Shown: positions 1 to 21,500 of the stretch, in pieces | Position numbering within the stretch: position 1 is the stretch's first letter | Layout of the letters: every line of letters begins with the position of its first letter | From: Nitrospirales bacterium | GTDB taxonomy: Bacteria > Nitrospirota > Nitrospiria > Nitrospirales > UBA8639 | Length of the DNA: 64,000 nt | Assembly: GCA_965203295.1 (NCBI GenBank) | Contig: CBDBCZ010000019.1 | Location: forward strand, 32,001-96,000 | Direction: 5' to 3' | The notes under the pieces: model-generated | What the model was told of the DNA's origin: nothing | Databases searched by the model: none | What the model saw: the letters and a program-made list of their open reading frames with translations, nothing else | Translations under genes and position numbers: made by a program

Positions 1-332
1 GAAGAAACTTAATGAATCTCAGTTCTCTACATTCTCTGTGTGTAGTACAACATACGCTGTGCTACATAAAAAATACTCAGTGCATGCTGCTACCATGTAC
101 ATGTACAGGGTATCTATATACCTTATGGTCATAGCAAGTGAAAATTGACTCTAGAAAATATGCAATACCCCCTCAATTTACTTGTGATTCAAAATAAGTA
201 GTCATGGATTATGAGGCTAAGACATTATGCTATTCTCACTTACATAATATAACCCAGATGTAGTTTGGAAACTACTCACAAGAGATTGCTGGGTTCATCA
301 AGACTATATCTACATTGCATAGCAACTGAATA

Positions 333-460
333 ACCAACCTCACTCCCCTCAGGTGGTGGAAGTATGGGAATGAGACTGAGAACTAACCTGTAGCCCATAC
401 CAACCACCAACCTCACTCCCCTCAGGGGGTGGAAGTATGGGAATGAGACTGAGAACTAAC

Positions 461-473
<13 letters not shown>
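333..473. repeat. 73-bp-period tandem duplication covering the UbiA exon-4 splice donor
   Basis: 333-400 and 406-473 are near-identical (accaacctcactcccctcagg...gagaactaacctg...ccatac). Confidence 0.85.
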
Positions 474-1816
<1,343 letters not shown>

Positions 1817-2024
1817 CACGCAACAATGCAGAGCTGCGACCACATTCCGTGCAAGCACGCACGGAACGGATTCGTTTACTATTCTAATTTTGCGAACAAG
1901 CCATGCATTATGTAAAATTGAAATACATTTAACCGATCGATCGCTTCGGCTTCTATTACACACGCACAGTGCTAGTCAGAATAGTATAGCATGGAGAGCA
2001 CAGTGCTAGTCAGTATAGTATAGC

Positions 2025-8513
<6,489 letters not shown>

Positions 8514-8977
8514 CAGGTGTTAACATGATTTGTAAGAAATGCGTCTTTTTTTTTTCCTGTTCAAGGATATTATATAACAATATTCCAGTAGTCATACAGT
8601 CCAAGAAGAAAAAACTAAATACATTCACAGGTAGTTATATACTGTGGACTCTATATCTAGCTACATATAGAAACAAAACAGAAATGCATGGCTCCAATCA
8701 TGTTACTAGTGTGTGCATGCATGGTTATACATACTCAAAGCATCAATACTTAGCTCATAAATTAACTTGCTATAATAAATCCACTATACATGTAGGCTTA
8801 CAATGTTTGTTTCTTTAATATAATATATAGCGAACAATGTTCATAACATCTGTAGAAAGAAGTAGAATATATTCAATTTGAATTGTCTTTCTGGTGGCAA
8901 CGATTATTATTACTGTAAGCGACATCAACGTAATTATAGTCATGATATAGTGGGACTTACTTTGCAGTAACTGGTCT

Positions 8978-11900
8978 TCAGGCCATAATGGGCGAGTTTT
9001 CGGCAGTGAAGGATGTGGTGAGGCAGTTTAGTGGGTATACGGTCTCTTTACAAGTCTCCGTCGGTATTTTCACCCACGACTGCAGTGCAATGCTGTTTGG
9101 ATGATGTGCCTCAGGTACAGAGCCGGGAGGTGCACCCTTTCGACCGATAATGGCCCACGCATCGCGGCGGTCGACAGCTCGGATACTAACGCTGCCGATG
9201 CTTATTAGAGCCTGTATGGCATTCTCTGTCAGACGATCTGTTGCTGAATCCCAAATGGTGGCGGCAATGATCTTACCCCTGGGAGCTTCCCGAATCAAGG
9301 TGGCAAGCTGGTCTGCTTCTTCGGTGCTATCGTGCGTGTCAAAAGATTTGACTACTTCCAAACTGCAGGTTGATTCGTCGATAATAGCAATTGTAATGCC
9401 ACGGAATTCTTCTCCATCCAGAACTTTGAGTCCATTGATTGTGATTTCAGTGTGCAAACCCTTTTGCAATCCAGCAGAAATAACTGTAATATCGCAGGTA
9501 TAGGCGCTTCTATCCGCTGGAAACCATGCGTTAGCTTGAACGTCTGCCGTATTGCTACCCGTTTCCGCAACAGTACCTTTGGGAGCGCCTTTTCTCCCGA
9601 TGATGGCCCACGATCCTCGATGCTCAATCTGGCGGATTAGACTGCTTCCGATGTCTTCACAAGCTTTCATAGCAGGTTCTGTAAGTGAATTAGTCGCCGC
9701 ATCTTTCATGGCAATGACTACAATTCTGCCGTTGGGGAGAGCATTCACAAGGTTGGTAAACGTCTCAGAGTGGGCAGTAGAGGCGTGTGTATCGAATGAA
9801 TCGCAGTGAAGTACGGCGCCACTGTTTTCATCAATAGTAATCACGTTGAGTCCACGGTCATTTCCTGAATCTGCGAGCTCTACAGCTGCCCCATCCACCG
9901 ATATTTCCCAGAAGTTTCCATGCGAATATCCGGCCGACTTTGCAATAATATTCCATCCGTTACCCACTGTCAACTTTTGGACTGCCCTCAATGCAGTACT
10001 GCTTGCGTGTTGTACTTCAGGTACTGATCCTGGAGCAGCACCCTTGCGTCCAATGATACCCCACGCCTCGCGGTATCCGACGTTTCTAATCAAAGCACTC
10101 CCGATACTTTCCAAAGCTAGTTTAGCGTTTTCAGTTAGTGTTGCTTCACTTGCTTCATCCCAAATCACAGCAGCCACGATTCTTCCTACTGGTGCCGTGT
10201 GGATTAGGCTAGCCAAGTCATTTGCTCTACCTGCATGGGTATCAACAGTTGCCTCTTTTTCAAACCTGCAAGTCTCTTCTTCAACAACAGCAACTGAAAT
10301 TCCACGCGACTTTTTCACTTTTAAAATCTCATTTATACTGATATCGGTGCTTATTCCTTTCCTATATCCAGACGAACTGACGCTAATGCTACAGGAGTTC
10401 GGATTATCGGAAGAGTCTAACGGCAACCAGAAAGTCGACTTAACAGCTTTACTGTTACTACCAGCTTCTGCTGCACTGCCAATGGAACCTCCCTTTGTTC
10501 CAATTATTGCCCAAGAGCCACCGTGTTCCACCTTTTGAATTAGTGTACTACCGATACTTGTACATGCTTGCTTGGCAGATTCTGTAAGCGCACTGATGGC
10601 CTCATCCTTCATGGCAATAGCTACCACTCTTCCCTCAGGAAGAGAATCAATGAAACTAGCAAACGTATCGGCCGGGCGAATATTGGCAACATAGTCGGTG
10701 TGCGTATCGTATATTTCTCTATGGAGGATATTACCGTTGCTTTCATCCAGCACCACAACGTTCAATCCACGACTGTAATCCATTTCAACTGCTTCTCCCT
10801 CAACGCTTATCTCTGCATAGTTCCCAAACGAAGTTCCAGCCGACTTTGCTACGATCGGTATCCCGTACTTCCTCCCTTGCCGCAGTTTATACTGAGTAGA
10901 CAGTTCTACACAAGAGTCGGTGTCAAGTCTCTCTATGGCCGTGCCTGGAACAGTCCCCTTGATGCCTATCAAAGCCCAGGAGTCCCCATCACCTAGTTTA
11001 TCAATCTTTAGCGAGCCGAGGGTCCTAATCGCTCGTTTTGCTCTGCTGTTGAGCGACTGCGATGCCCTACCACTCGCAGAGACCAATACGATTCTACCGC
11101 TGGGGGTATTCTCAATGGTAGCTGCAAGATTTGTAGCTTCCTGTGCAGAAGAATGGGTATCGAAACTACCCGTGTGAAGAGTTTGTCCCGATATTTCATC
11201 CAAGATGGCTACGTTCAGACCTTGCAATCTTCCAGCAAAAAATTCTTTAAAATTTCTTTTCATGGCGAATTTATTCCCAGCATCAATCCCAGCACTCTCC
11301 ACATCCAGCTGAATGACTGAAAATGCTGCTATGCCATTCAAGTACAGTCTGCAGTCTGAAGGTGGGAAATGGTGTTGTTTGAGTATGGAACCACACCCCT
11401 GAAATACGGACACTTCTGTATTAAGGACACTTTGTCATGTCCCAAATATGCTTTCTTAATACAAATTTACCCCGGCAATGAGGTCACCTCTCTATACAGG
11501 ACACTTCACCAGGTCCCCAAGGTGTCCACAATAGAAAGGTTCCACTGTATTTATTTGTTGTAAACCCACCTTTTTTGTCAGCCGTTGCTGATTCACTGTT
11601 TGTTGCATCGTAGCTGATGTAGGTAGCACTAAATCCAGGAGCAGTAGCGGTACCGTCAGTTTCCATCACCAGCGTCAAAGTTGTACCAGTTGACACATAG
11701 CCACAGTCAACATGCTCATAATTGCCTGCAGTGTGAGATATATAAATGCTCTTGATCATGACATCTTGCAACAAGGGTGTCTGGGACAAAGAAGTCCAGA
11801 ATTAATTGACTGCTAATAAACAACTACTAAAAAACGAAGTTAAAAATTATGGGATTGAGGGGGAGTCTCTTTATAGCATGTTATTTATTATCTCATTGTT

Positions 11901-14763
11901 TACAGTACTGCTTGTCTAAATGCACCTCTTCCTCCGTTTACAATAACACCTGTTCTATAAGTTTTGTAATTTGCATTTCTACAAGCTGTGGCTTGACAAT
12001 TTATATGCTTTGTGGGTTCAGTTCCTGGAACTGTATATGTCAAGAACTGCTTTGGGAAGGGGTAATCCCAGGGTAGCCCCCTCAGTATGAATCTCTGCAA
12101 GCTCAGGCTCATGATTGCATTCATCAACAGCAGCTAGCTTGCATTATTAGTCATGATGTGCTTATACACTGCAGTTATACAATAGCATGGTCTTTCAATA
12201 TTATAATTTCTCACCTGTAAGTCTGGCTACTTCTGTATCACATGTGGATCCATCGCACACAGTGAGAGAATCATAGTGTTCCTCCAGTTTCAGATAGGAG
12301 AAGCTGATCTTTACTGTATCACCAACTTTGGCAACAATGGTCCATGTACACTTGATGTTGTTGGGGTAATTCATGGGGAAATTAGGTGACTGCAGTGGTT
12401 TTAGATTGTCACTAGCATATAGCCTGCCCCCGCAACCTATAGTGCAAATTGATATTGTTTTGCGAATAAACTGTTGTTTTTTTCCCCTGGAATTAGCTAT
12501 ATGAGACACATTTTCAGACAATGTGCAGAAGCTGGTAGGGAGCATATAGATGGCAACAGGTATCACAGTAGTTGGTTGATCATGAAATCACCACCTTTCA
12601 GAAGGGGGACTTCAAAGCCTACTAAAGATAGTGCACACACATCTTGTGAATACCATTGAACTAATTTCTATAGCACTGGCAATGTCAGCACTTGTTAGAA
12701 GCATGAATATGCTTGTAGTCCAATGGGACTGCACTCTTACCAATATTTAGCAGCCTATTGGGAGTTGCTGACCGGACATTTCCAGGAACTGCGTCCAGGT
12801 TGATGACGCCTTCCAGCGACTGGTCAATGATTTTCTGCTTCAACTGACTGGGTGTGTGAAAGGGAGAGCGAGACAGATACACTGCTGCCACACCGCTGAC
12901 TAGACCTACTGCCTGACTGGTGCCACTCCGGGAAATTTCACAATCAGGACAACTGTAGTCTGCTCCCCAAAGAGACTCGCCCGGTGCAAATATGTCGACA
13001 CAGCTGCCATAGTTACTGTGCTCATATAGGCTATCATCACGTGTCGTTGCTCCAACAGTGATAGCATGCACTGAGCTAGCAGGGGATGTGGTGCACGCAT
13101 CAATATGATCATTTCCTGCGGCCACCACAACTGGAATGCCCTGCCGGTAAAGCGTTTCAATTGCATCGTTAATTGAGTGGTGAAAACTTCCCGTAAGCGA
13201 AATGGATATGATGGCATTCCTACCTCGCTTAGGCACGATAGAGGAAACAAAGTCCAGTCCGTCTAGCACTGTACTCAGTGGTGCGCTGTTCTCGCACCTA
13301 AGAACTCTCACGCTATACAGAGAAGCCTTCTTAGCCACACCATATTTTCTACCACCAACCAGACTGGCTACATGCGTTCCGTGTCCGTGACAGTCCCGGC
13401 CGCTCATTCGTTGAAAACTATCTGTACCTTGCAAAAATTGATCGACGGGATCGTATCCGGCATACTTCGCTCGATACTCAAACTCCTCGTGATCAAAATT
13501 AATTCCAGTATCGAGGATGTATATATCCACTCCTTCTCCATCACCAACTGAAGCATAATGGCTGTCTAGAGGGAGAGGGGTCTGATCCAGTCGATCTAGG
13601 TGCCACGGCAGTGCTGCACCCTCAACCAAGTCCTCTTCTTCAATGTACTTGACTTCATCAAACTTACGAACCTACAAAGAGAATTAATGTTTGACAGTTG
13701 CAGTAATGGAACAATCTACTCCCAAAATGTGAACTAGATATCTTGTTCTTGTTTTGTGGGTTGTAACTAAAACTCCTTTTCCTAAGTTTCCTAGAACACT
13801 ATCATTTTCACATCTACTTCCAGGAAAAACACTAGTGAAAATGAAAGTGAAATTTATAATTTATTTAGTGGATGGCTGCTCTTGTTAAGTGCACAATACT
13901 TAAATCCATAATGTACATGCACCTTAAGCTACACCAAATTATTGCAGCTGCTCAGCCTCAGAATGCAGTATATAGGCAGGCACTCTATATACTACCTAAT
14001 ATCAGGATTGAGACACCCCCAAATTTTTTTGTGACCAACCACTGTCCACACAAGCCTTCACAACTGTTCTGCAGTTGCAAAAAGAAGCTCCCAGATCCAT
14101 AAAGCATGCATGTGTGCATATATAAGATCATTTTGGTGCGACCTTAACACCCTCCTGTGTATGTACAGGGAACAGGATATATATATATTCACCACAGTAG
14201 ATTTAATGACGTGTTCTGCAATGGTGTCCTTGCTGGGGGAACAAACTCAGGCAGCTCACAAGACTCATGATCAGCGACTCCCCATTTATCCTTCTCTTTA
14301 GCTAGTATACTGAAAGAAACTTTGGATGCTCTTCTCCCCTCGAGCTCTTCGAATCTAACTGTTAAATCTGTATAAAAATGGCAAATTAGCTGCCGCTTCT
14401 GTATGGATTCGTGATAACAGTCTCTGTAACAATATGTGCCGCAAGCTAGCATGCTGCGGTAGATAGCTACATATATTATTACTACAAACTCACCTCTTCC
14501 AGACCTTCTGCAGAGAGCTTAACAGTGATGGCTTTCTGGACGTTTTTCACAGCTGCGTACACTCTTTTGTCGACAGAAACCTCTCTGACGCGAGAGAGAA
14601 CCTGCTCAAATTCTTCCGGTGCGATGGTCTCTTTCAAAACGACGATGTAGCAGCCGGTAGTCGGAACATCTCGAGGGGACCGGATTACGGGCTTGCGAGC
14701 ATTCGTTGTCCCCGCTCCAGCGAGTACCAAGAAACAAATCACTAGCCACAGTGTCTTTGCCAT
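8978..14763 (-). CDS. Secreted subtilisin-family (S8A, PCSK9/proteinase K-like) protease: signal peptide + I9 prodomain + S8 + CUB + 5 ILEI/PANDER-like repeats, ~1318 aa (paralog A)
   Basis: Exons 14763-14494, 13671-12741, 12436-12215, 11725-11570, 11355-8978, phase-consistent. Signal MAKTLWLVICFLVLAGAG; I9 motif YIVVLK; triad YILDTG / HGTHVAS / SGTSQA; oxyanion AAGND; CUB CGGRL...SPNFPMNYPNNIKCTW...GFSATY; five ~150-aa units with (R/Q)G(L/I)x(V/I)...DTH...W(A/G)xIGxKG. Confidence 0.88.
11388..11549. mobile_element. Truncated pogo/Tigger-like MITE in protease A intron 4
   Basis: Minus strand begins ta-cagtggaacctttctattgtggacacc, a typical CAGT-start TIR; the other end is not clear. Related start at ~27113. 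Confidence 0.55.
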
Positions 14764-15567
14764 TACTTTGTGAAACTCTGACAACTGCGGACTGCGGAGC
14801 GAGGCTATGGGCAGCGTTCACTGCGATACACCCAGACACCAGAAATTAAAAGTGCCACTGATGTTTCGTTTACTGCTTAGTTGGCATAGTTTCAGAATTT
14901 GGGCCAAAACACATGAATGTTATCTAGAGTCCCCTGGATCCGATTGGGCGATCCGGACATCTATATACTCATGATCTAGCGGTTCGCAAAAGCGTTTGCA
15001 TGCGCATGCGTGGTAGATCATAGGCCTGTCATAGAGGCGCGCGCTATTGTTGAACACCATTGAAAATCTTTAAGCTATCAAAAACCATACAGCTGTGACT
15101 CAAGTTGTAATGTGGCATTCATACATAATTGAAAGTGAAACGGCATGCACACATATCATGCAGCTTATAGAATTCATACACACAAAGCTGTTATACTACT
15201 AGCAATAGCTATGCATGGTGTCCACGCTCTAAAAGTAGCAGACTAAACTTAAGCAGCAGCAGTTTACTTAATCGTTTAATAATCCTGCAAGAAGGAAGGA
15301 CAATAATTGTCTATATTAAAACCAGGCCAGAACCACATTACTAAAATACAAGGAGCTAGTTCTTGAACTAAGGAGTGGGTGGATCTGCGTTAAGCAACTG
15401 CAAAGTTTTGCATTAAATGGGGTATGTACAGCTATAGATAGTCGTGCATGTATCTAGCTGTACTGAATGGAAGGGGAAAATGTAGTTTAGCTAGCTATGC
15501 ACATACCTATAAAGAAAGGAATTACACAGAATGCCACGTGTACATACCTTCGCTGTCCATATTCCAG

Positions 15568-18500
15568 TCAGCCCAAAATGGGTGAGGTTTTGGCAGTAAA
15601 GGAGGTGGTGAGACAATTCAGTTTGTACAGTGTCCCGTCACAAGTTTCACTTGATACTTTCACCCGCGACTGTAGCGCAACTTTATTTGGGTGATGTGCC
15701 TCAGGTACGGAACCCGGAGATGCCCCTTTCAGGCCAATAATGCCCCATGCATGATGGTCTTGAACATTTCGAATGAGAGCACTGCCTATACTTTCAAGGG
15801 CCAGTTTAGCATTCTCTGTCAGATGATCTGCCACTGCATCCCAAATGATAGTAGCAACAACCTTATCTGGAGGAGTTTTCTGAATCATAACAGCCAGTTG
15901 GTCCGATCGTGCGCTGCTCACATTCGTGTCAAAATTTTCAAATCTTTCTATCATGCAGGTTGACTGATCAACAACAGCAACTGTAACGCCATGAGATATT
16001 TGTCCATTTCCTACTACCTGTCCGTTGACATCAATTCCACCTCTATGTGGCCCATTTGGGTTGCTAACGATGATGCTGCATGCGTTATAATCTGTAGAAA
16101 TCCATTCACTGGTTTCAACAGCTGCAGTGTTGCTAGCTACTTCTGCAACAGTTCCTTTGGGAGCTCCTTTCCTGCCAATAATAGCCCAAGATCCGCGATA
16201 CCCGACACTTCGAATGAGATGGCTCCCAATGCTTTCACAAGCTTGAAAAGCTGGCTCTGTGAGTCGTTTAGTGCCTTCATCTCGTATGGTAATTGCTACA
16301 ATCCTACCATTAGGGAGAGAAGTAAGGAGATTGGTAAATGCTTCAGCTCTCGCAGAAGAGCTAAATGAATCAAAATTTTCGCCATGAATCACACTTCCAT
16401 TTTTTTCATTCACGACAATCACATTCATTCCACGACTAGTAACACCTGGAGTGGTAATGACAGTACCATCAACAGAGATTTCCCAGTAGTTTCCAACCAA
16501 ATAACCAGCTGATTTTGCAATGATCTGATAACCCCCTTTAACAAACCAGGAATCTACTTCAACAGCTGCAGTGTTGCTAGCCACTTCTGCAACAGTTCCT
16601 TTGGGAGCTCCTTTCCTGCCAATAATAGCCCAAGATTCTCGATGCCTGATACTTCGAATAAGATGGCTTCCAATACTTTCACAAGCTCGAAAAGCTGGCT
16701 CTGTGAGTCGTTTAGTGCCTTCATCTCGTATGGCAATTGCTACAATCCTACCATTAGGGAGAGAAGTAAGGAGATTGGTAAATGCTTCAGCTCTCGCAGA
16801 AGAGCTAAATGAATCAAAATTTTCGCGATGAATCACACTTCCATTTTTTTCATTCACAACAATCACATTCATTCCACGACTAGTAACACCTGGAGTGGTA
16901 ATGACAGTACCATCAACAGAGATTTCCCAGTAGTTTCCAATCAAATAACCAGCTGATTTTGCAATGATTTGATAACCCCTTTTAATAACAAACCAGGAAT
17001 CTACTTCAACATCTGTGGTGTGGCTGCTTGCCTCTACAATGGTACTTTTTAAAGCTCCCTTCTGGCCAATGATGGCCCACGAATGTCGATACCCTATCTG
17101 CCGGATAAGTCTACTTCCAATACTTTCACAAGCTTGAATAGCTGACTCTCCAAGGGATCTGGTGGCTTCATCTTTGATAGCAATCACTACAATTCTGCCA
17201 TTGGACAGAGAACTAATAAAGTTGGCGAATGTCTCAGAGTGAGCAGAAGAGGAAAATGTATCAAATGATTTTCGATAAATTACATTACCACTGTGTTCAT
17301 TTATCACAATGACGTTAAGTCCACGAGCATGTCCAGCGCCTAGTATCTCAATAACTATACCATCAACAGAGATCTCCCAATAGTTTCCAATCAAAAAACC
17401 AGCTGACTTTGCAGTAACATGGAAAAAGCTACTCTTCACCTTTAGTTGCTGTGTTGCCCTCAATGCAGCACTGCTTGCCTGTAGCACTTCAGGCACAGAG
17501 CCTCGAGCAGCACCCTTTCGACCAATGATGCCCCATGCACCTTGAAGTCTAACGTTTCTAATCTGTGCACTTCCAAGACTTTCCAATGCTAGTATTGCCG
17601 TTTTTGTTAGATTAGTGCCTGCTTCATCCCAAATTGTTGCAATTACGACTCTGCCTATTGGAACTTTATGAATCAGGCTTGCTATGTCATCTGCACTCTG
17701 TGTGCTTGCATAGGTATCAAATGTTTCCACTTTCTGAACAACACATCTCTCTTCTTCAAGGATAGCTACAGAAATCCCACGGGAATGCCTTGCCAATGAA
17801 ACGTCATTAACTGAAATGCCTCCATTCAGCCCATTTAATTTCCCAGGTGAGTTAACACTAACGTTACAAGGGTTCAGAATAGCTGCTAAGTCTAGTAGCA
17901 ACCAGTAAGTTGATTGAACATCTCCGTTGTTGCTACCAGCTTCTGCTACACTACCAATGGGAGCTCCCTTTGAACCGATTATTGCCCAGGATCCTCCATA
18001 TTCTATCTGCTGAATGAGACTGCTCCCTATGCTTCTACAAGCTTGAATTGCAGCTTCAGTAAGTGCATGTATTGCTTCCCCCTTTATTGCAATGCTTACC
18101 ACTCTGCCGTTAGGAAGAGAATTGATGAGACTAGCAAATGCATCAGCTGGGCGAACATTGGTAGCATAGTCAGTGTGCGTATCGAATATTTCTCTGTGAA
18201 GAATATTACCATTACTTTCATTTATCACCACTACATGCAGTCCATTGCCGTGCCCAATATGTGGAATAGATATTGTCTCTCCCTCAATGCTCATCTCTGC
18301 AAAGTTTCCAAAAGAGGTCCCTGCTGACTTTGCTACAATTTGTAAGCCATGCTTCCTCCTTTGCTGTAATCTGTATTGAATGGAGAGTTCTACAGAATCG
18401 CGCTCGTCAAGCTTCTCAATGGCTGTACCCGGAGCTGTTCCCTTGGTGCCTATCATTGCCCAAGAGTCCCCATTGTTCAGCTGATGAATGTTCTGTGATC

Positions 18501-21500
18501 CTAAGGTCCTAATCGCTTGCTTAGCTCTGTCATTGACTGGCTGTGCTCCATTGCTACTTGCAGCAACCAAGATAACACTACCACTTCTGCTGTTCTCAAT
18601 AATAGCTGCAAAACTATCGGCTTCCTGCACGGCAGCATAGATATCAAAATTGCCGCTATAGCTAGTTTCTCCCGTTAGCTCATCCAAGATGACAACACTC
18701 AATCCCTGCATTCTTCCAGCAAAAATTTCTTCCCAGTCTCTTTTCATGGAAAATCTGTTTCCAGCACTCCTTACATCAAGCTGAATAGCTGAAATTGCTT
18801 TATCTTGCTTGCAGCCTGGTAATGAGAGGGGAAAGGGAGTATTTCCACTACGAGTACATGCATATAGCTGCTGAAAAGCATGAGTGTTCGTTGGACAACC
18901 ACCTAGTTTTTAGTAACCCATGCACTGAACGCTTGCATGTGTATACGTTCATTTAACTGCAATAATGTATAAGCATGCCACATCTAGAAATGATAATACT
19001 GTATAGGTCGGGCATTAGCTAATGGCGAGAGTCTAAAATAATTGCAAATTGCATATTTAGAGCCAGGTCACATTTTTAAAAAAATGTTTTGAACAAATTA
19101 TGCATTGTGTAGGCCATATAGTATATATAAACATTAAACATGGGCTGTCGCTGTCTTGTTGATACATTTCCTTTCAAAACCATGAAACACAAGTTTTTAA
19201 TTACAAGTACTTGCGCGTGTTCAACTCGCTCACTCTGTACAGATAGAAATGAAGTGTGACGTCTATGCGATTTGCATGGAACAGTATAGCATCTTCTGCC
19301 AATGAAGCAGTGCTTTTGACTAAGCCACATGTCAGTGTTGAAAACTGACTCGTCACAGTGGGGGGTAAGTATATAGTACGTGTGCACACTACATTTCTTT
19401 TAGAAGCCAAAGCATGTACTATGTATTGTACATGTAGTATATATAGCTATCATACGGTATGTGGAGCATCTGCCAGTGGCAGTAGCCTGATCGAGACTTT
19501 GACAGTAGTTCCTGCCTGAGCTATGTGGAGGCAGTAACTCAAAGGAGAGACTGCAAACAATTACAAAACCATACTCACATCAGCACATGTAGGCGACTGG
19601 AACTGACTCCATTTAATGCACATCGTCATATTCTGTCTAGCGTAGCAGTTACAGCTGTGCATGGTTTACACTTACAGGACTATACAGCCACTAACCTTCA
19701 CAATAGAGCGCGCTCGAAGTTCTGATTTGAGGCCATCATGATAATACCGTCGGCTGTCAAACGCACGCAGCGGTCGAAGTCGTCCCAACGCATGCAGCGG
19801 TCAAAGTACTAATTAGCTATGTACACATGTGATGACGTCACGGTCTTCTTGCGTATTCTCGCGCAATCGAGGGTGATGATTAGCAGACGTCACATCTGTT
19901 ACACACGGACGGACAGAACTAACGTTAAAGTATTGATAAACAGTTTAAACCCTGGCCTATATGGTATAGCGTACAGTAATGACACAACAATATAAGGAAC
20001 TGGGTATTATATACCCCATGCATGCACATTCACTTATGCGTAGCACTTTGCGGAATGGTCACATCATAGCTACTATAATATTATACCAACCTTTCTCTTT
20101 GTCGTTCTCTGCAGAAGTCTCAAGGTGGTTGACATATGTGGCATTGAATCCGGGCGAGGTGGAACTCCCATCAGTTTGCATCACCACTGTCAAAGCACTG
20201 GCAGTTGACACATAACAGTCGGTATGCTCATGTTTCCCTGCAATTTTGAAAATATCACTCTGTAGCAGCATGCACTGAAAGTTGCGATATCAACTATATT
20301 ATAATATAGCTCTAGATATTATAATATGGCATACTACAAATAGGCTGCATATGATAAACAGCTATAGCAATGGCATTACAGTGAGCTAGTGACTGCTACA
20401 CTTCGGGGGGGGAGGGGGGGAGGGAATAATTAGCTGAATATATTTGTATAGTTTACAGACTCACCTGTAAGGATGGCTATGGTATTAGAGTGACTACAGT
20501 AGCTGCCATCACATATGATGAGTGTATCGTAGTCTCTTTCAAGCTTGAAATACGAGAGGTCAAGTGATACTTCACCTGCTCTGCTGTACACAGTCCATGA
20601 GCATTTGAAATTGTTGGGGTAGTTCATGGGAAAATTTGGTGATTGCAGGACTTTCCGATCATCAGTAGCATACAGAGTTCTTCTGCAACCTAAGAAATAT
20701 AAATTGTATCATCTGATTGCTGTGTCTATATATTGGGTGGCTGCTATTGCTATAATATACAAACATAGACAGTAGAGTACTCTACTATCTATGATCTATG
20801 ATACAAAGAATGATTACGTTAAAACAACACGACTGTGTTACGTGCTCTTACCTATACTGAGCAATCGGTTAGGTGTTACTGAACGATGAGTTTCAGGAAT
20901 TACATCAAAGTTTATGATGCCTTCCAGTGAGTGGTGAAGTATTCTCTGCCTCAGTTGACTGGGCGTGAGACGTGGGGATTCAGACAAATACACTGCTGCC
21001 ACGCCGCTGACCAGAGGTACTGCCTGACTACTGCCGGTCATATTAGTTATGCAGTTACGACAAGTGTACAGTGCTCCCAAAAGAGACTCTCCCGGAGCGA
21101 AGATGTCCACACACCTGCCGTAGTTGGTTAGTGCATACAAACTATTCTCACCGTTAGTTGCTCCAACGGTGATAGCATATGCTGAGCTTGCAGGCGACTT
21201 ACCACAAGCATCACCGTGATTATTTCCTGCAGCCGCAACTACTGGAATTCCCTGCTGATAAAGGGCTTTGATTGCATCATTTATTGAACGGTGAAAGTGT
21301 CCTGATACTGAAATAGACACAATGGCATTCCTACCCCTTTCCGGTACTATAGATGATACAAAGTCCAGTCCATCCAGTATTACACTCCATGGTGCACTGT
21401 TATCACATCTCAGCACTCTCACACTGTAAAGGGAAGCCTTCTTAGCCACACCATATTCTTTTCCACCGGCCAGACTAGCTACATGCGTTCCGTGCCCATG

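Noticed and set aside
279..325. Possible further UbiA exon (LLCNVDIVLMNPAIS)
   Set aside because: It has AG/GT ends but no recognisable UbiA motif, so it cannot be supported.
12900..21050. S8 domains as inactive pseudoproteases (no GTSMA)
   Set aside because: The catalytic Ser is retained in GTSQA/GSSQA, as in PCSK9; Asp, His and the oxyanion Asn are also present.
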